DNA of 62,839 bases, counting the filler, from Choristocarpus tenellus KU-1152 (Eukaryota > Protista > Phaeophyceae): NCBI GenBank assembly GCA_964200185.2. It is 7 parts of 7 records of this genome, joined end to end, with 100 filler letters (N's around TTAATTAATTAA, not from the genome) between each part and the next. Parts side by side here need not be neighbours in the genome. Positions count along the whole stretch, not along the records: positions 59,613 to 62,839 come from CAXNAD020021410.1; 6 more parts are not named here. The stretch is one strand, 5' to 3'. Shown piece by piece: positions 61,300-62,839 of the stretch (position 1 is the stretch's first letter; every line of letters starts with the position of its first letter). A program made the position numbers and the translations under genes. Under the pieces are notes generated by a model. That model saw only the letters and a list, made by a program, of their open reading frames with translations. It was not told the origin of the DNA and made no database searches.

Positions 61300-62670
61300 C
61301 TCCTCAAGGTTCCTGGATGAAACATATATCATTCTCAACGAGGGGGGTAAACTCTGCTGCCATAGTTACTTTTGATCAGCTGAAAACCAACCCTTACGAG
61401 GTGGGCATAGTACTGGACATGGATAATCCTATGCCGCACTACCTCAGGGCCAGCAGACCAAGACCTCAGAGCTGGAACTCCCAGGTACAGCGGGAATCAA
61501 CCTGACTCCAAGCCAAAATGGTTTTGTCACACTGGGGACTCTGGTAGGGACAGTGGAATTTGTCCAAGCCCATGTGGCCGGGGTGATAAAGAGCTCTGGC
61601 TCCCCAAATGCTGACCACACACTTGAGTGAGATGGAGGATATACATGTTGCCTTGTTTCTCAACTCTTGGCCCCTCTCTTTCCGTTTGGGGTGCTTGGTA
61701 AGGGTCATCCCACCTCACCTTGCATGCTCCTCCATGGGACAACAAGCTGGTAGCATTTTGCCGTGGACTCCGGAGAAGAAAATGGATGTATCAGACTTAC
61801 TGAGTTCTTTGATGGGATGTGTGAAAATGAGCCTCCTAACCTTGAAACAAACTAGCAATTGCAGGCACAAGTTCCCACGAGTTCAGGGGACTTGGGTCTA
61901 TCCTTCATGATACACCACCAGCATGCAGCCTTTATCGGATGAACTAGTGACCACTCTCCCCACCCTCCTAGCAAGGCAACAAAGGGTTCCTTCTGGAAAT
62001 ATATATTTTTGTCCATTTGTATGAGTCCCACAGTCCAGGCCCTAGGATCATCAATCTACACCCTTCTCTCACCAGGAGTCTCTTCAGAGGACTTGGTGGG
62101 ATTCTCGATCAAGACTGAGTAGACTGAGCAGGAATAGCAACTCCCGTTCCCGTCCCAGAGGTTCACGCTATGCCAGCTCGTGACGCCAGGATCACGAGGA
62201 GGGGGCAGCACAATGTCACACACGTTCTGAACACGATCCGATTCGATTCTCTTCAGATGCGACTGACCAACCTTCCGGCTGATGTAGAGGAACAGGGGAG
62301 GGAAAGCCCTACCACTCGAGTCAGTGTGAGCAAGGGGCCAATGCATGGACCTCCACACAGTCCTTAGAACCAGCACGCCGGATTCCTCCTATAGAGTCTA
62401 GTCTTGGCGCCAGGAAGTCTCTAGGAAGGGAGGAGGCCCCATCCAACAGGTGCCCTATGGCCGAGTGCAGGAGGCACAATGTCGACAACAGACATGCCCA
62501 CACCTGCCCTAGGGCGGGAGGTCAAGTTTGCAAATACAAGCCTATAGTGTAACGCCTTGGCTAACTCTGCAGGGGAATGGACACTCCTTGCATTATAGAG
62601 GATAGCAGCCCATTTACATTGGACAAGAACTTCTACACATGAATGTGGTGTTCCATTATTCTGGGCCACT
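61300..62670 (-). mobile_element. Decayed DNA-transposase-like relic, possibly Plavaka (CACTA-related)
   Basis: VWRSMHW...GRAFPPLFLYISRK and SWHSVNLWDGN resemble Plavaka W.G.WW...P.IL.SDKT and A.PVYLT.GN; GC-richer, coding-like and fragmented. Confidence 0.3.
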
Positions 62671-62839
62671 GGCTCAAAGTATCTGGGGGGGATGGCGGTT
62701 GTTCATTCGGGGCCAGTTTTTCTATGTCACAATTTTTTGGTGATTTGGTCGCATGCGTCGGATGAATAATGTAAATGCACTTTTCCTGGCCAGTGCCCAA
62801 ATGGACACCCTGGTGTAGACCCCCCCCCCCCCCCCCCCC
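62671..62839. mobile_element. MITE family B copy, truncated in its C-run by the window end
   Basis: Starts GGCTCAAAGTATCTGGGGGG; collinear with 29392-29565. Confidence 0.85.

Overview
Intron-rich eukaryotic DNA. TTAGGG motifs, gene style and TE content suggest a stramenopile or brown-alga-like host (inference). The window is seven unrelated contigs joined by an artificial 100-nt linker (N44-TTAATTAATTAA-N44), so synteny only holds within a contig. Genes reconstructed by hand: a complete 4-exon phosphotriesterase-related (PTER-like) gene that has lost most metal ligands and carries a C-terminal VATC-like zinc finger, head-to-head with a UBL-PUB gene; the 3' part of a bubblegum-type acyl-CoA synthetase; a large 3' portion of SART1/SNU66; a large multi-EF-hand gene with a CEP290-C-terminus-like motif; a histidine phosphatase 5' end; and a small unknown gene with a signal peptide. 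Mobile DNA includes a decayed Ty3/Gypsy with one LTR, two MITE families sharing a terminal core with 4-bp TSDs (Sola-like), and hAT, Helitron and Plavaka-like relics. The top candidate for novelty is at about 6.06-7.48 kb (minus strand): a heavily frameshifted ORF with motifs collinear with the hepadnavirus/nackednavirus P protein (terminal protein with priming Tyr, T3, spacer, RT). It would be an endogenous hepadna-like element in a non-animal genome. All homology calls are from visual motif recognition; no searches were run.
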